DNA of 64,000 nt, taken from NCBI GenBank assembly GCA_001662655.1, contig KV460207.1; one strand, written 5' to 3'. Positions 10,794 to 23,426 of this stretch are shown piece after piece. This DNA is from Pseudogymnoascus verrucosus (Eukaryota). Made by a program: the position numbers and the translations under genes. The notes under the pieces are model-generated. The model worked only from the letters and a program-made list of their open reading frames with translations. It was not told where the DNA came from and made no database searches. The first letter of the stretch is position 1; every line of letters begins with the position of its first letter.

Positions 10794-13700
10794 TTAGGCC
10801 TTAGACGCACCGCCTCTGCGCTTGGGGTTGTTCTGGCCGGGTCTCTTCTTGGACGAAGGCTTCTTCTGCTCCTTGCCCTCGATGAACTTCAACAGCTCAT
10901 CGATGCTGCGAGAATCCATGCCCATCGCGTTGCGAGGATCTCTGCCCGACGACGCCTCGGCAGTCTGGCCGACCGGCGGCTGCGCCTGTGTCTGGCCGAG
11001 CGACATGCCGGGGGACATCTTGATGCCAGCGCGAACGCGGCGGGCCTGAACATCCTTCGCGTGCTTGGCGATGGAAACAGCGTTCTGGGTGAGCTGCTCG
11101 AGCCAGCTCTCCGCCTCCTTGGTGTTCTTGTCCTCGGCGCCGAGCTCGGTCAGGAAGATGTTATAGGACTCGCGCATGCGGTTCACGGAGGCCTTGGAGT
11201 CCTGGTCGAGGGCGAGGGCCTGGGCGAGCTGGAAGAGCAGCGTGCCGGCGTTGATGGATTGCTTGCCGAAGACGCTCTCGCAGATATCGAGGGAGGCTTC
11301 GAACCAGAGGCGCGACTCGTGGTAGAGCTTGAGGTGCTGGAGCATGACGGCGGCGTTGTTGGTGGTGGTGATGGAGTCGGGGTGGTTTTGGCCGTAGATG
11401 ATCTTCCAGAGCTGGAGGGCGTGCTTGATGTATGTCAATGCGAGCTTGGTCTCGCCGTTGGCGTGGCTGAAGAGACCGAGGTTGAGGTAGCTGAGGAGGG
11501 TCTCGGCGGAGTCGACACCGAGGGTTCTCTCTGACACGATGACGGCCTTGCGGGCGAGTTCGACGGCGGCGTCTTTCTCTTCGAGCTGGTAGTAGAGCAT
11601 GGACAGGGTGTTGTACACGCGTGCTACTTCAGGGTGCATGATGCCGTAGATCTGCTCGTGCAGGGAGAGAGACTCCAACAGGAGTTCCTGTCCGAGCTTC
11701 TTCTGGCCCTGCAGGATGGAAATGCGGCCAGCCTCGAGGGCCTCCTCGGCAAGAGCGCTCTTGGGCGAGGCCTCCTTGATGATTGGAACCACGTTCAGGA
11801 CATCATCAGCGGAGAAGGTCATCGGTGGACCTGCTGGAACTGCCTTAGGTCCCGAAGGAGAATCAGAGCGGGCCTTCTTCTTCTTCTTGCTTGAAGTGGT
11901 GGTGGCCGTGCCGTTGGTGTTCTCCTTGAGCGCATCGGCAACCTTTGCGGGCTTGGCATTTGCGGCTGCCTCCTTGGTGAAGAAGTAGTCCTTGGAGACG
12001 AGTTGGAAACCCATCTTCAGGGACACCTCACGGAGCATCTGGACAGGCTTGATGGCGGCAGACCAGTTCTCCTCAAGAGTGTACTTGTATCTCTTGAGGG
12101 TCTGAGCCTCGATCTCCTTTCTTAATGACTCAGGGGTGACATCCTTGAACGAAAGATCCGTATCAGCGTAGAGAGCCTTCAACGACTCGTCAACAAGGGC
12201 AACTGGGCTCTCGTTGAAGCCAGTGCCTAAGAGGCAGTTGAGAAGGTGAGCGATGCAAGCGCTGGTGAAAGGAATTGGCAAGTAGCGGAGGTAGTTTCCT
12301 GCGATGTGCTTGAAAGATCTGGAGATCATCTCCTGGATGGAGAGAATCTTCAGTGCCTCAAGACGTCTGCCCTCGGCCTGGCCAGCAAGCACTCCAAGGT
12401 ATCTGATGTTGATACCGCGCTTGTGGAGGAGACGGCTGAGCGACTCGCCATCCATAGGGAAGCCAACATCGCCCTCCTTCAGGTCACGGACAAGCTCAGG
12501 AAGAACGGTGTCGCGCAGGAACTTGCCGGCTGCTCTGACCTCCTCCTCGTCCTTGGCCCATTCGGCGATTTCCTCCTCGGTCTGGGGCTCCTGGCCGCTG
12601 AACACATCAGGGTTAAGGGAGAATGAGAAGTCGGTAATGTCGATTCTGTCCTTGTCAGAGTCGACAGGCTTGGCAGCCTTCTCGCTGGATTCGGCATCAG
12701 CCTCGCCCTCAGTGACAGCCTTCGTCGCATCCTCCTCTGCCTTGGCGGCCTGTCGCCTCTCCTCCAAGCGCTCGTTAACCCATGCCCTCATCTTAATCTT
12801 CCAGTATGCCTCCACTAATTCTGGGCGAAGGACGGTCATTCTGTGAGGGTAAGTGGCCTCGCCAGCTCCACCGTTCTGCTCTGGGCTGCTAATCGCAGTT
12901 CCGTTCTCCTCCATCCACTCAATATCCAAAGGTGTCACACGGTACAAATCAAGGACGTATTTCCTTCCATCGGTGCCCAACAGACCCTTGGTCTCAACAC
13001 TGCCTTCGAGCTCATGTCTCTTGCCAGCCTTATCCCACACAGCGTGCTTCTTGACCTTCAAGGCCTTGGACAGCTTCTCGAAAACGGGAACGAACTTCTC
13101 ATCAGCAGCAATAACCTCCTTGCCGTCAACTGCACCGTAGTCGATCTGGTTCTCTCCAGGGTCGCGCTGCTTGAAGATACCGGGAACAATGCTCTGGCCA
13201 ACAAGGCGCTTGCCGAGGTAATCAATGACGACGGTACCTGGGGTGAAAAGGCCATCGATATCGAGCTGGTTGACCATACGGACACCCATAACATCCTTGC
13301 CAGTTGCAACTCTTGCTGCCTCATCACCGCCCTCAGATGCGAAAGTGCCGACACCGTCAGCACCGAAGGAGAAGAAGACGTTGTTGTAAACGAAGATCTG
13401 TGCGTCTCTGCTCTCAGTTGGGTTCAGGGGCGCGACCTCGCCTCTGGCGACCAATACGGCGCCACGAGCAGCTGCGTCGTTGTAGTCGGCAAAGAGCTTC
13501 GAGGTAAGGCGTTCGCGGAAGACTCTGTCCTGAGCGGTCTCCTTTGGCAGCTCTCTCGTGGATTGGAACTCTTCGTTCCAGTCCCTAAGAGTCTCGGTGT
13601 TCTCAATGCCCGAAATCAAGTAGCTCTCCTGAGAGCGGGTGAGATCAGACTGGTGGGTAGTGAGTGGCGAAGACTCCGAAGGCACGATCCAGGGGCTTGC

Positions 13701-14900
13701 TGGGGTAGAGTTGGTGATCTGGAAGTTCGTAAGAGGCTCTTTTTGGTTGTTGTATTCTTGCAGCTTCTCGAATGCGGGCTCGAAGGCGGGAGACAGGTCC
13801 GAGATCAGCGCCAAAAGCGAATGCGCGGCATGCGCCTTTGGTGCTGTTCGTGGAGTGGGGTCGAACCTGGCATTTGTCGACTTGTTGACGTAGAAGCCAG
13901 AGACGTGGGAGGTGATCTGGTATTGCTCACCCTCCAAAGTAGTCGCTTGGAGGTATAACAGGTGTCCCTTTTGGCGAAGGTGGTATGGTGGGGGGTTCCA
14001 GGGCGATAGGCCAACCATTTTGATTGTCTTAGGATGAGACTCCTGAGTAGTTGGGAGCAAAGTTGATAATGTTCCAGCCGCTTGGAAGTCGTAATCTGCC
14101 AAGGGGTGAGCAGCACCGTTTGGTTGAGCTGCCGCTGCCTCGCCAGAGGCTGGTGCCTCTGACTCCGTAACGGAATCGTAAAGAGACAGGCCTGATAGGA
14201 TACCTTGTAGGGTATCTGTTCGGTCACCAGCCGCGCCAATAAGTTCGCGGACACGGATAACATGTATGCGCGCTTCCTTCTCGGTATATGGGTCCTCCAC
14301 AAGCTTCAATTCCGACTCGGGTACGAGGTCCTTCACATCGGAAAGTTGGATGAAATCGTTGATTCGTTCTCCGTTGTGCTCCAAATGGAAGCAAGAATAT
14401 TGGAACGTATCTGGCAGCTCAATAACAGATTGTCGGACATCGTGGACTTGCTCTTGTGATGACACCTTAAATTTCGTCAGTTCGTCCCGCTATGACATTC
14501 CCAGGGGCTATTACCATAAGTTGCATCTTGTGTGGCTTGTGGGGTAGGTTGACTGTCAGGGAGAAGATAGCTGCCCATTGCATCAGTTAAATGTTTTCGT
14601 TCCAAGCAGGAGATGCCAGTTTCTAGCAAGCTCCTTTAGAGGGTCATACTCTCAGCACCCTGATCTAACTCTTCCTCTCCCTCCTGGGCTTCGCCGTTGG
14701 CTGTCGTATGACTCTCGGTGACGGCATTTTCTGGCTCTGCAACTGCCTCTTGAGCGAGGGCTATGAGGTAGATGTTAGCAGTTGTTTATGTCCGACAATC
14801 TGGGGGTGGCGATGGGCAGAGGTAGCTCGGGTTTCTGGGGTCAATGGTTCGGGGATCACGCACCAGGAGACTGTCCCTTTATGTCATTAGATTCAGCCAT
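10794..14900 (-). CDS. CLU1: Clustered mitochondria protein CLU1/TIF31; three short 5' exons plus the large exon 14465-10794
   Basis: CLU domain (SPWNPPP, RDWNEEFQ, GTDGRKYVLDL, LHKRGINIRYLG) and C-terminal TPRs. 5' exons: ATG 14900 (MAESNDIK), about 14760-14650 and about 14570-14515, each with GT-AG boundaries. Confidence 0.95.
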
Positions 14901-15438
14901 GGTTGACCAGAGACAGAACAGTGCAGTTCAAATAGGACGGCAATAAATCAATTGCCAGGCAAATCGTACAAGAATTGAAAAATATAATGCGTATAATACA
15001 GCAAAAGAAAATGGTTTTGGGAAGCTGGTAAATACTGTGTCGAATCCACTGACATGGAACCTCAGAGTAAAAAAAATGTTGCCGTTTGTTTCCGTTCCGG
15101 CGGCACTTGCGGGCGGGCCATCGGCTCAAACCCGCACGTTCGGGGTATGACTGTCCCCCTGCAACACAAGGCCGCAGCCTCGTCTGTTTTGAGGCTCCAT
15201 GTAAACAATGGTCATCGATAATCCCCATGTTTTCCCAACCCAATATGAGTCTCTAGCATCAATGCATTACAATTTTGCTAGTTTTGGATAATATATGGCA
15301 TGCTTTGAATAGCGCTTTATATATATCTTCTCATTAATCCAGCTTTCTTTACAATTTCAGTGGGTAAGTTCAATCTCAATGGCTTGTTGACATGACGACA
15401 CTGACTGGGAATAGGAGAGGGGAACATAGTTTCAAGCC

Positions 15439-18066
15439 ATGACAGGCAATTCTTACAGCTTTACACCGGTGCGGCGGCGAAAGGCGGAGTTCGAAGAGAT
15501 TGATCCAGATGCAGATTCCAAGCATTGGACTGCCGCGCGCTGCAATCGCCTTCTCCGGTCCCTACAATCCCGAATAGAGCTATTGAAGAAAGACGCCGCA
15601 CAATTTATACCCGCAGCTCAATCGGCAGAGGCTACAAATAGCACTATCGCAACTGATAACTGGGGAAAACGCGCCATTCACAGCGACAGTCGAGGCGATG
15701 ATGGCGCAAAGCCGAAGAAGAGAGTCCGAGTAACCTATGGAGGAAGGGCTCGCCAAAAGGATGAAGCAGGACGAAGCGCTTCCGGCCAAGGGTCGAAATC
15801 AGCGCCCCTTAAGCGTGGCATGCCCGCAATAACAAGACCTCCAGGAGAGATCTCGGTGGAAACACCGATACTCACTCGAATCCGGCCTGACGATAGCATG
15901 ATACGTGCGTCAGCAGTTAAAGTGTATGGACTGGGCGGCCCAGCCAGGAAAGAGGGGGCCAAAGGCCGGAATACTCGCTTTGCATCGTCAGTTCCTGGGA
16001 TATCCAATTTTCGATCGAGTACTTCTCTGAAGCAATTACAATCGGCAATGAGTCCTAAGACATATACTTTATATATTGGGATTTACAACGCATTGGAATC
16101 CCTATTACGAACCACAGAACAATCTTATGTGCAGGCACCTGAACGCTCAAATTCGCTTTTTTCTTTATGTCTCCGAAATGTACACCAACGTATTCAGCTT
16201 GAAGAGGACTGGGAGGCGATAGATTCAAAGACAGCAGGGCTCAAATCCTCGCTGAAACGAGATATCTCTGGAGAGATATACGCCCAGCTGGAGGATATTG
16301 GAACTTCAGAGCATGGCTGGAAACATTTGCGCACTATTGTGAGGGAACATGGCGTGCATCTTGTTGCTGGTGCAATTTCGAGTGGCTTGGTTAACCAGGT
16401 ATTCGGGGAAGCTTTGGTCATGCTGTGCTCGCAGATGGGCTCATATCGAGAGGCAGAAGTGTTACTGGATGCCTTATTGCTCACGATGCCAGACAGCGAG
16501 CCAGCGACTCCGTATAGTCGAATTGCAGATATCCAGGAGCTCGCACCGTTATTGGCACTGGAAAAATATGTTACTCATACTGGCCGAATGCCGGAATACT
16601 TCCGAATGATGAAGGACATATTTGGAGGTGGAATCGTCGCAATTCAGTGGCTTGCGACCAAGGAGCTTTGTGGCTTGTGGACAAGAGTCTTCCGTGCTAT
16701 TTCAGCGGAGCCTGCTTGCCAGAATGCGACTGAGTTCCTCCAAGAAATCCTTCCGCTAATGCTAAATGCATCGGCCGGGCAATCGAAGAGGGACGCTGCC
16801 CCATTCAACAACAGAGTATCGGTGGCAATAGGCACTACATTCTCAAGCGTCCTGGCAACTCTTTCTGCAGTTGTGATCCTGGATGAAGCTTCAAACGAGT
16901 CAGACGAAAATTCAATTACTGAGCGTGGGAGCAATGTTATCAATATCCTTCGGCATCTTCACATAGAATATTCGATACCATCGACTGAACTCAGGGGTCA
17001 GGTTAGTCTAGTATTCCTAGCGAATCTTTTTGCAACGCCCCTCAGGGATGCTGGAGAGGAGCGCTCCGAACAGCTTATTCGACTATTACAACAAGCCTGT
17101 CAGGGCTCCCGCGGCTCCATCGACCCAGAGATAGCAGAGTTTATGTGCTCGGTAGCGCGGTGCTGTGGCAGAGGTCTATCAGGCACCGGTTTGGAGCATT
17201 TCAAGCGCTTCTCTCTACTCGTCGAGGCGTGCACATCGACTGGTGGCGACAAAAAACGGCATCTGCTACAGAATATTATAGTATCCAGTGCATACGTATT
17301 CTCTCAACAGGTCCCCATCGCAGCACACTTGGACTACGCAGACGATATTCGAGCCAAATTCCAGATCCATCCTGAGTTGGGACAAGGGAAGTCACCTGGC
17401 AAGCCCACAGCCGCCTTTCGGTGGGAGGAGGGGATCAGTGAGTGGGTGGCGGCGACGCCAGCGATTAAACAGAGCAGACATGCTGTCGACCCGACCCAAT
17501 GGGAAGACTCCGAGGTTGAGTCACCTGTGTCATTTCGAAAGGTTCAGAAGCTTCAGGCTCCTTCTTTCCCAAACAGGAGAGAGAATGCCCTTGGTCAACG
17601 AATGGCGGCCCGGGTTTCTGACTTGATCCCTTCCAGTCCTAGCACCTACGGGAGCGATGGCATGGGGTATGACGAGAGAGACACGACATTCTCCGACATG
17701 TCCCCTCCCCCGAGGATAGCATCTGTCTTTACTAGAAAAAGCATGGCGCTTCGCAAGCCAAAGACGAGCAAAAAACTGGGGAATGTTGGAGCTGGGTCTG
17801 CTCATCACGGCCGCGGCTGGAGCGTCTACGGGGAGGCCAATGCCAACAATGCCACCAATGCGAGGGGGGATACAGATGAAGAGGATGAGCTTAGCGTGTC
17901 CTACATCCTACCTGACGAGAAAATATCTGTCATGACGGAGGTTCAAAGCAATAGCAGGCTCAGTGTTGGTAGCCACGGCCGTCGTTCGGGTATCATGAGC
18001 AATGCTAAGGCATCTCGGCAGATGACTGAAGACGACGATTTCAGTAGCGACGAACTTAGCTTTTGA
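15439..18066 (+). CDS. Uncharacterised 875-aa fungal protein (helical core, disordered basic/acidic termini); probable 5'UTR intron 15364-15414
   Basis: Long uninterrupted ORF. Short conserved-looking motifs WTAARCNRLLRSL and FRWEEGISEWVAATP, a PKKRVR NLS-like segment, and repeated DELS motifs at the C-terminus. Confidence 0.8.
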   Translation: MTGNSYSFTPVRRRKAEFEEIDPDADSKHWTAARCNRLLRSLQSRIELLKKDAAQFIPAAQSAEATNSTIATDNWGKRAIHSDSRGDDGAKPKKRVRVTYGGRARQKDEAGRSASGQGSKSAPLKRGMPAITRPPGEISVETPILTRIRPDDSMIRASAVKVYGLGGPARKEGAKGRNTRFASSVPGISNFRSSTSLKQLQSAMSPKTYTLYIGIYNALESLLRTTEQSYVQAPERSNSLFSLCLRNVHQRIQLEEDWEAIDSKTAGLKSSLKRDISGEIYAQLEDIGTSEHGWKHLRTIVREHGVHLVAGAISSGLVNQVFGEALVMLCSQMGSYREAEVLLDALLLTMPDSEPATPYSRIADIQELAPLLALEKYVTHTGRMPEYFRMMKDIFGGGIVAIQWLATKELCGLWTRVFRAISAEPACQNATEFLQEILPLMLNASAGQSKRDAAPFNNRVSVAIGTTFSSVLATLSAVVILDEASNESDENSITERGSNVINILRHLHIEYSIPSTELRGQVSLVFLANLFATPLRDAGEERSEQLIRLLQQACQGSRGSIDPEIAEFMCSVARCCGRGLSGTGLEHFKRFSLLVEACTSTGGDKKRHLLQNIIVSSAYVFSQQVPIAAHLDYADDIRAKFQIHPELGQGKSPGKPTAAFRWEEGISEWVAATPAIKQSRHAVDPTQWEDSEVESPVSFRKVQKLQAPSFPNRRENALGQRMAARVSDLIPSSPSTYGSDGMGYDERDTTFSDMSPPPRIASVFTRKSMALRKPKTSKKLGNVGAGSAHHGRGWSVYGEANANNATNARGDTDEEDELSVSYILPDEKISVMTEVQSNSRLSVGSHGRRSGIMSNAKASRQMTEDDDFSSDELSF

Positions 18067-19908
18067 GGTTTTCCTAGTCGAGGATCAAAAGCATTGGCAG
18101 AGAGTAAAGGGCACGGGACAATATCCAATTAGTGGTCTAGACCATCATAAAATATCTTGGATGTACTGTTTTAGAGTAGAGTACACGAACAGTACAGCAT
18201 AGTACTGTACTAGTGCAAAGTATATAGTCATATTTTTTCTTCACGCTTCACTCGGATCAAAGGCATTTTGCATACGACACAATTACGAAAATACCTGTCG
18301 CACTCAATGTATCTCTGGTCGTCTCGTGTGGGCCACTGGTGGACCGCGCTAATCCGAGTGACTAAACCTAACAAAGGATGGCGTCTCCGTCGTGGCGGGC
18401 GGTTGGGTTTCATGACATCGACCAGGGACGCGAGGAAGTGGCTGTTGATGCGCCGCCAGCGTGGACCGGGCTCGCTTGGCGGGGAACAGGCTGGACCAAT
18501 CGTTGACGCCGCTGCGGGGGTGGAGGAGACGACGGAGGATGCAAGGTACCTGGAGATCAACCGGCGCCAATCACTCAGAGCGTGTATCGAAGGGGTATTT
18601 GCATGTACTTGAGGATTAGGAGAGACACATGAAATGTAGAGGCGAGTACTGGGGAGTATTTTGTGCTCGGTAACGTGACTTGATGTCTGCTTTACTGACG
18701 CTCATCGCGGTATCAGATTCTGTTGCAGACTTCAATCTTGTACACGCAATATGTACTATATATATTAAGGAACGCGACGGCGTGGTGGAGGCAGAGGCGT
18801 CGGGGGGCGTAGATTAGATTACGACAGGGTTTCAATGGCGCTGGCGGGGTGTTTGTTAGAGCACGAGCACACCAGCACACGCACGCACGTACTCGTCACT
18901 TCGTGTATCAGGATGGCCGGACTCGATAATCTACTCGGTGTCGACACGAAACATTAAGAGGGCGTGCGACATCTCTGTCCACTCGATCATGGATATCTCG
19001 GCGACGCTTGGATCACGCTTGAATCAGTGGAGTTAGAGGGTATGGGAATGTGAATGTGAATGGTGATGGGGAATAGGATGCTGTAAATGGGTAGAAGTAG
19101 ATAGGGATGGGCATACGTAGTACTCGTCATATCTGCGTTTGATATCCAGAGAGTACTTCATGGGAATTGACGGTACATGATGTTGGCCACTTTGCCGTCT
19201 CCATTCAGGAACCGCCGAAAATTAGCCTCTGTACTACGCCTCCAACGTTGCACTCACTGGCCGGCCGCTCCCAACTCCACCTCCTCCGATCCCTACTAAG
19301 ACCCTCTACTCCCCCCCTGTGCCTTGCCGCCTACTACTCGTATCTTTGTTCTTGTCCTTTCTCCGGTGCGCCTTATTCCTTTTCTCTCTCTTCTCTTTCA
19401 ATACCAACCTCGTCTTCGAGAACTCGACCTCGTTCTCGTCGATAAACGACGACAAAAACCGACTTTCTCTCTTTTGAAACGCTTCGGATCTACTCGAATC
19501 TTCGGCGAAGACTCGACAATTCCGCACTTCTTCGTTGATTGATTATTCGCTCTTTCGATCCATTCGAGATATCTATCCCAGGGGATAACGACCTGAGACT
19601 CATTCACTCGGCACTTGACTGTTAAGCTGGACTTCGCTCGCCTCAATCAAAGAACAAAAGAACAACAATCATTACCCTTGACATTCCTGCGTCTTCGACG
19701 ACACTCATTTGACTCGAACACTCGACCATATCGAACATAAGATTCGTTCAACATCCCACGCATCGAAGGGAAACCCTTCGACAACTGTACTAACTGCGAA
19801 CCTGTCAGCTGCCGGCCATCGACAGGTTCTTCCAGTTACTCGTCTTTATCCCAGTTTTACCATCCTTACCGGCGAGTCCGAGTCGACAGAAACTTTAAAA
19901 CCACAACC

Positions 19909-21769
19909 ATGTTCTCCGCGGCATGGACCATGGGCGCTGCCCTAGGCCTGCTATTCCTTACCCAAGGCGCTAAAGCCGACGCAGAATCAGAGGCCATCCT
20001 CATAGAAGAGGCTGATTCCGTGACCAATCTCTTCCACAAGTTCCTTTTCATAATTTGCGGTGTTGTGGCGGTGATATTCATAATCTGGCGGGTCCTGATC
20101 GTCTCCGTCAAGTACATGCGTCAACTGGTGTGCCTCACAAATGAGAAGCAGCGCTACTTCCAGAGGCCGTACAAGAAGTATGCCAGTCTCAAGAAATACC
20201 TCCTCTACGCCCCGATATTCCACAAGAGGCATAACCGGGAGTTCCAGCTGTCGACGGCGATGAATATGGGCGTGTTGCCAACGCGGTTCCAACTGCTCGC
20301 CTTGATCGCATATGTTGGCACGAATATTGCATTCTGCTTGTCCAGAATCCACTGGGACCAGCCACTCTCCGTTGTCTCCGTTGAGATAAGACATCGATCC
20401 GGCATTCTTGCTGTTGTCAACATGATCCCGCTTTTCGTCATGTCCACCAGGAATAACCCGCTTATTCACTGGCTCGATATCTCCTTCGACACGTTCAACC
20501 TACTGCACCGCTGGTTCGGTCGTATCGTTGTTATCGAAACACTGTTGCACACTTTCTCTTGGGTTGTCGCTACTGTTCACCGAAGCGACTGGGCCACTGT
20601 TGCGGCGGCATTCCAAAATAGCGAGATGATGGTGTTCGGTCTCATTGTGAGTTCTTACTCCCCTTCTATGTGCCCACTGGCAAAGTACTAATCATTTGTA
20701 GGGTGCTGCTGCGATGGTTGCCATTATGATCCAGTCCTTATCGTTCGTCAGACACGCCTTTTACGAGACATTCAAGTATCTCCATATCATGCTAGCAATC
20801 ACAGTACTAGTTGGTATCTGGTACCATCTTAAACTAGCCGGGTTGCACCAAACTAAATACCTTATCGTCGCCATCGTCATCTGGGCATTGGAGCGTACCA
20901 TCAGGGTCCTTATAGTAGTCTACCGCAATATGGGAAGGGGTGGAACCAAGGCCCTATTGGAAGCCTTACCTGGAAACGCCGTTCGCGTCACTCTCAATGT
21001 CGCCCGCCCCTGGACCTTCACGCCTGGACAGCACGCCTACCTCTACATGCCCTCTATCGGCGCATTTACATCCCACCCCTTCTCCGTGGCGTGGAGCCAA
21101 GAAGAGGAAGACCCGCTCGCAGGAGATGGACTCGTCGGCAAAGACAGGCAAGACGTCCTCGCCATCCGCAAGACAACGATGTCCTTCGTCATCCGTGCCC
21201 GTACCGGCTTCACCAACACGTTATTACAAAAAGCCGAAGCAGCCCCTGAGGGCAAGATGTTCACAAGGTGTTTCGTCGAAGGGCCCTACGGCGGCGCGCA
21301 CCTAATGCGCTCTTACGGCACGGTCGTCCTCTTCGCCGGAGGAATCGGCATCACGCACCAAGTTCCCCACGTGCGTGACCTGGTGACCGGATACGCCAAC
21401 GGCACCGTCGCCGCCCGCAGGGTCCTGCTGGTCTGGATCATCCAGAGCCCCGAGCATTTGGAGTGGATCAGGCCGTGGATGACGGAGATCCTGGCGATGG
21501 ACAAGCGTCGTGATATCCTACGCATCATGCTCTTCATCAGCCGCCCGCGGTCGACGAAGGAGATTCACAGCCCCTCGGCGACGGTGCAGATGTTCCCCGG
21601 TAGGCCGAACATCGAGACGCTGCTGGACATGGAGGTGGAGAACCAGGTCGGCGCTATGGGTGTCTCGGTGTGCGGTAGCGGTTCGCTGAGTGACGATGTG
21701 AGGAGCGCTGCCAGGAGCCGCCAACATAAGTCGAATATCGACTTTGTGGAGGAAGCATTCACATGGTAG
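19909..21769 (+). CDS. Ferric/cupric reductase-like transmembrane flavocytochrome (FRE/NOX superfamily), intron 20647-20701
   Basis: Haem His motifs (FNLLHRWFGR..LLH; FKYLHIML..WYH), FAD motif SHPFS, EGPYG, NADPH motif AGGIGIT, SVCG, and C-terminal EEAFTW. Confidence 0.92.
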
Positions 21770-22990
21770 TATATGACGGGGGTTGCCGATAGATCTTCTG
21801 TTGTATATATGTTTTTGCTGGGCGGTCTGCTTGAAAGATTTTTGCGAGGGGAGGAAAAATCTACCAACGCTTTAGAGACAGCTCGATGATCTGATTTAGC
21901 GTTTTTTGTGCGGTGGAATACCCGCTGGGATTATATGGGATGGGAAGGTGTATGGGGGTGCATGCTTCACTGGACAATAGTGTGGATGATGCTCTGGAGT
22001 TTATTTGGGATGGTTCCGTGTGTGGTTCCGCATGGATATGGGTATTTAGTGTGCTAGATACTGGCTACAATGCTAGATTACATTCATTTGGATTCATTTG
22101 GATTCATTTACGTGTGCTCGTTCTGTTCAAGTGACTCAACATGACCGTATAATGTCTGATATGTAGGAAACTATGGCCAAGATAAAGCCATTCGGTGACT
22201 CAAGGCTGTAATTGTCGTCATGCCCTCTCAATTAGTTAGATACTTAGAATAGAGCATAGGAGGGAAATCCTATCAGCTTATATTGCTGTCAATTCTCAGA
22301 TGTTGTGCACAGTCCTATCCCGAGCCTATCCAATCCGTAGAGTGCACGGAGCACCATCCTGATAAGGCTGCCTGGATAACATCAACAGCGACATGAGCCG
22401 ATTTCTTAGTCAAATGTCCAGCCCATTGAATATTCCGCTGTTAAAACGAAATTCGATTTAATATTTAAACCCCCTCTCCCATTTCCAAAAACATTTTGTC
22501 CCGAAAAAAGCCGGAGCCTTCCACGAGGCTGTAGCAGTATCGTCGGTACCTGACTTGGCCCATTCCACGCCATCGACCCCACCTCAGCTGACCACTCCTG
22601 CACCTTCGTGAACCCAGCCTTGGTTCCATCTTCCTGTCCATCAAACAAGCAAACCGAAACAACATCAGACCTGTCACTCCGACCTTTCCGACAATCGCGC
22701 CCTTACCCAACTCACGGTTGAGGGGACTTTCAGGGACCCAGGACTATTCAACAGACACCGCTACAACCTTGGAGGTGCGTCGGAGAACTGCCTACGACGA
22801 TTCGGATTTATTCGGCGCCACGACGACTGCCTTGAGGATTACCAACGAACGAACGATAAGCTCGCGATTCGGAAAGAGTGAACCAGAAAGCTCGCCCAGG
22901 AGCTAGAGCTTCTTCCCAGCAACACCTCCGAACACCGCAGAGAAACACACCGAACACCAAGTGCTCGACGGAACGAGCCAAACCGCTGCC

Positions 22991-23426
22991 ATGGGTTTGG
23001 TATACAACGACTACCTCTCCAGCGACAAGATCTACGGCTGCAAGAACTGCAAAACTCATCTCTCCAAACACGAGAGCCTCGTCAGCCGGGTACATTTCCC
23101 CCTTCCCCCCTTCCCTCCCCCCTCCTCCTTCCCATTCCCCCTGTCCCTCCCTACCTAGGTAGTCAGAAGCTAACAACTTCCCCCCTCAACAGAGCTTCCG
23201 CGGCCAAGTAGGCAAAGGCTACCTCTTCAACCTCGTCGTCAACTACGTCCCCGGCGAAGCGCTCGAGCGCAACATGACGACTGGCAAGCACGTCGTGAGG
23301 GATATTACGTGTCGGCAGTGCAAGACCACCGTGGGGTGGAAGTACGATAAGGCGTATGAGGCGAGCGAGAAGTATAAAGAGGGGATGTTCATTTTGGAGG
23401 CGGAGCTGTTGTGTAATGTCACTTAG
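22991..23426 (+). CDS. MOH1: Yippee/MOH1-family zinc-binding protein, intron 23090-23192
   Basis: MGLVYNDYL...YGCKNCKTHL...SR/SFRGQVGKGYLFN...MTTGKHVVRDITCRQCKTTVGWKYDKAYEASEKYKEG. Confidence 0.9.

Noticed and set aside
10794..10810. Peroxisomal PTS1 or readthrough signal at the CLU1 C-terminus (-SKA)
   Set aside because: Not a canonical PTS1 and no TGA-CTA readthrough context.
12843..13958. Long antisense ORFs over CLU1, and similar shadow ORFs over other genes
   Set aside because: Expected from GC3-rich codon bias on the opposite strand; no protein-like motifs.
19560..19830. TPP riboswitch in the reductase leader (CTGAGA and GAACCTG present)
   Set aside because: Lacks the remaining aptamer motifs (GATC..GATAAT..AGCG..GGA) and the P1-P3 pairing, and the gene is unrelated to thiamine.
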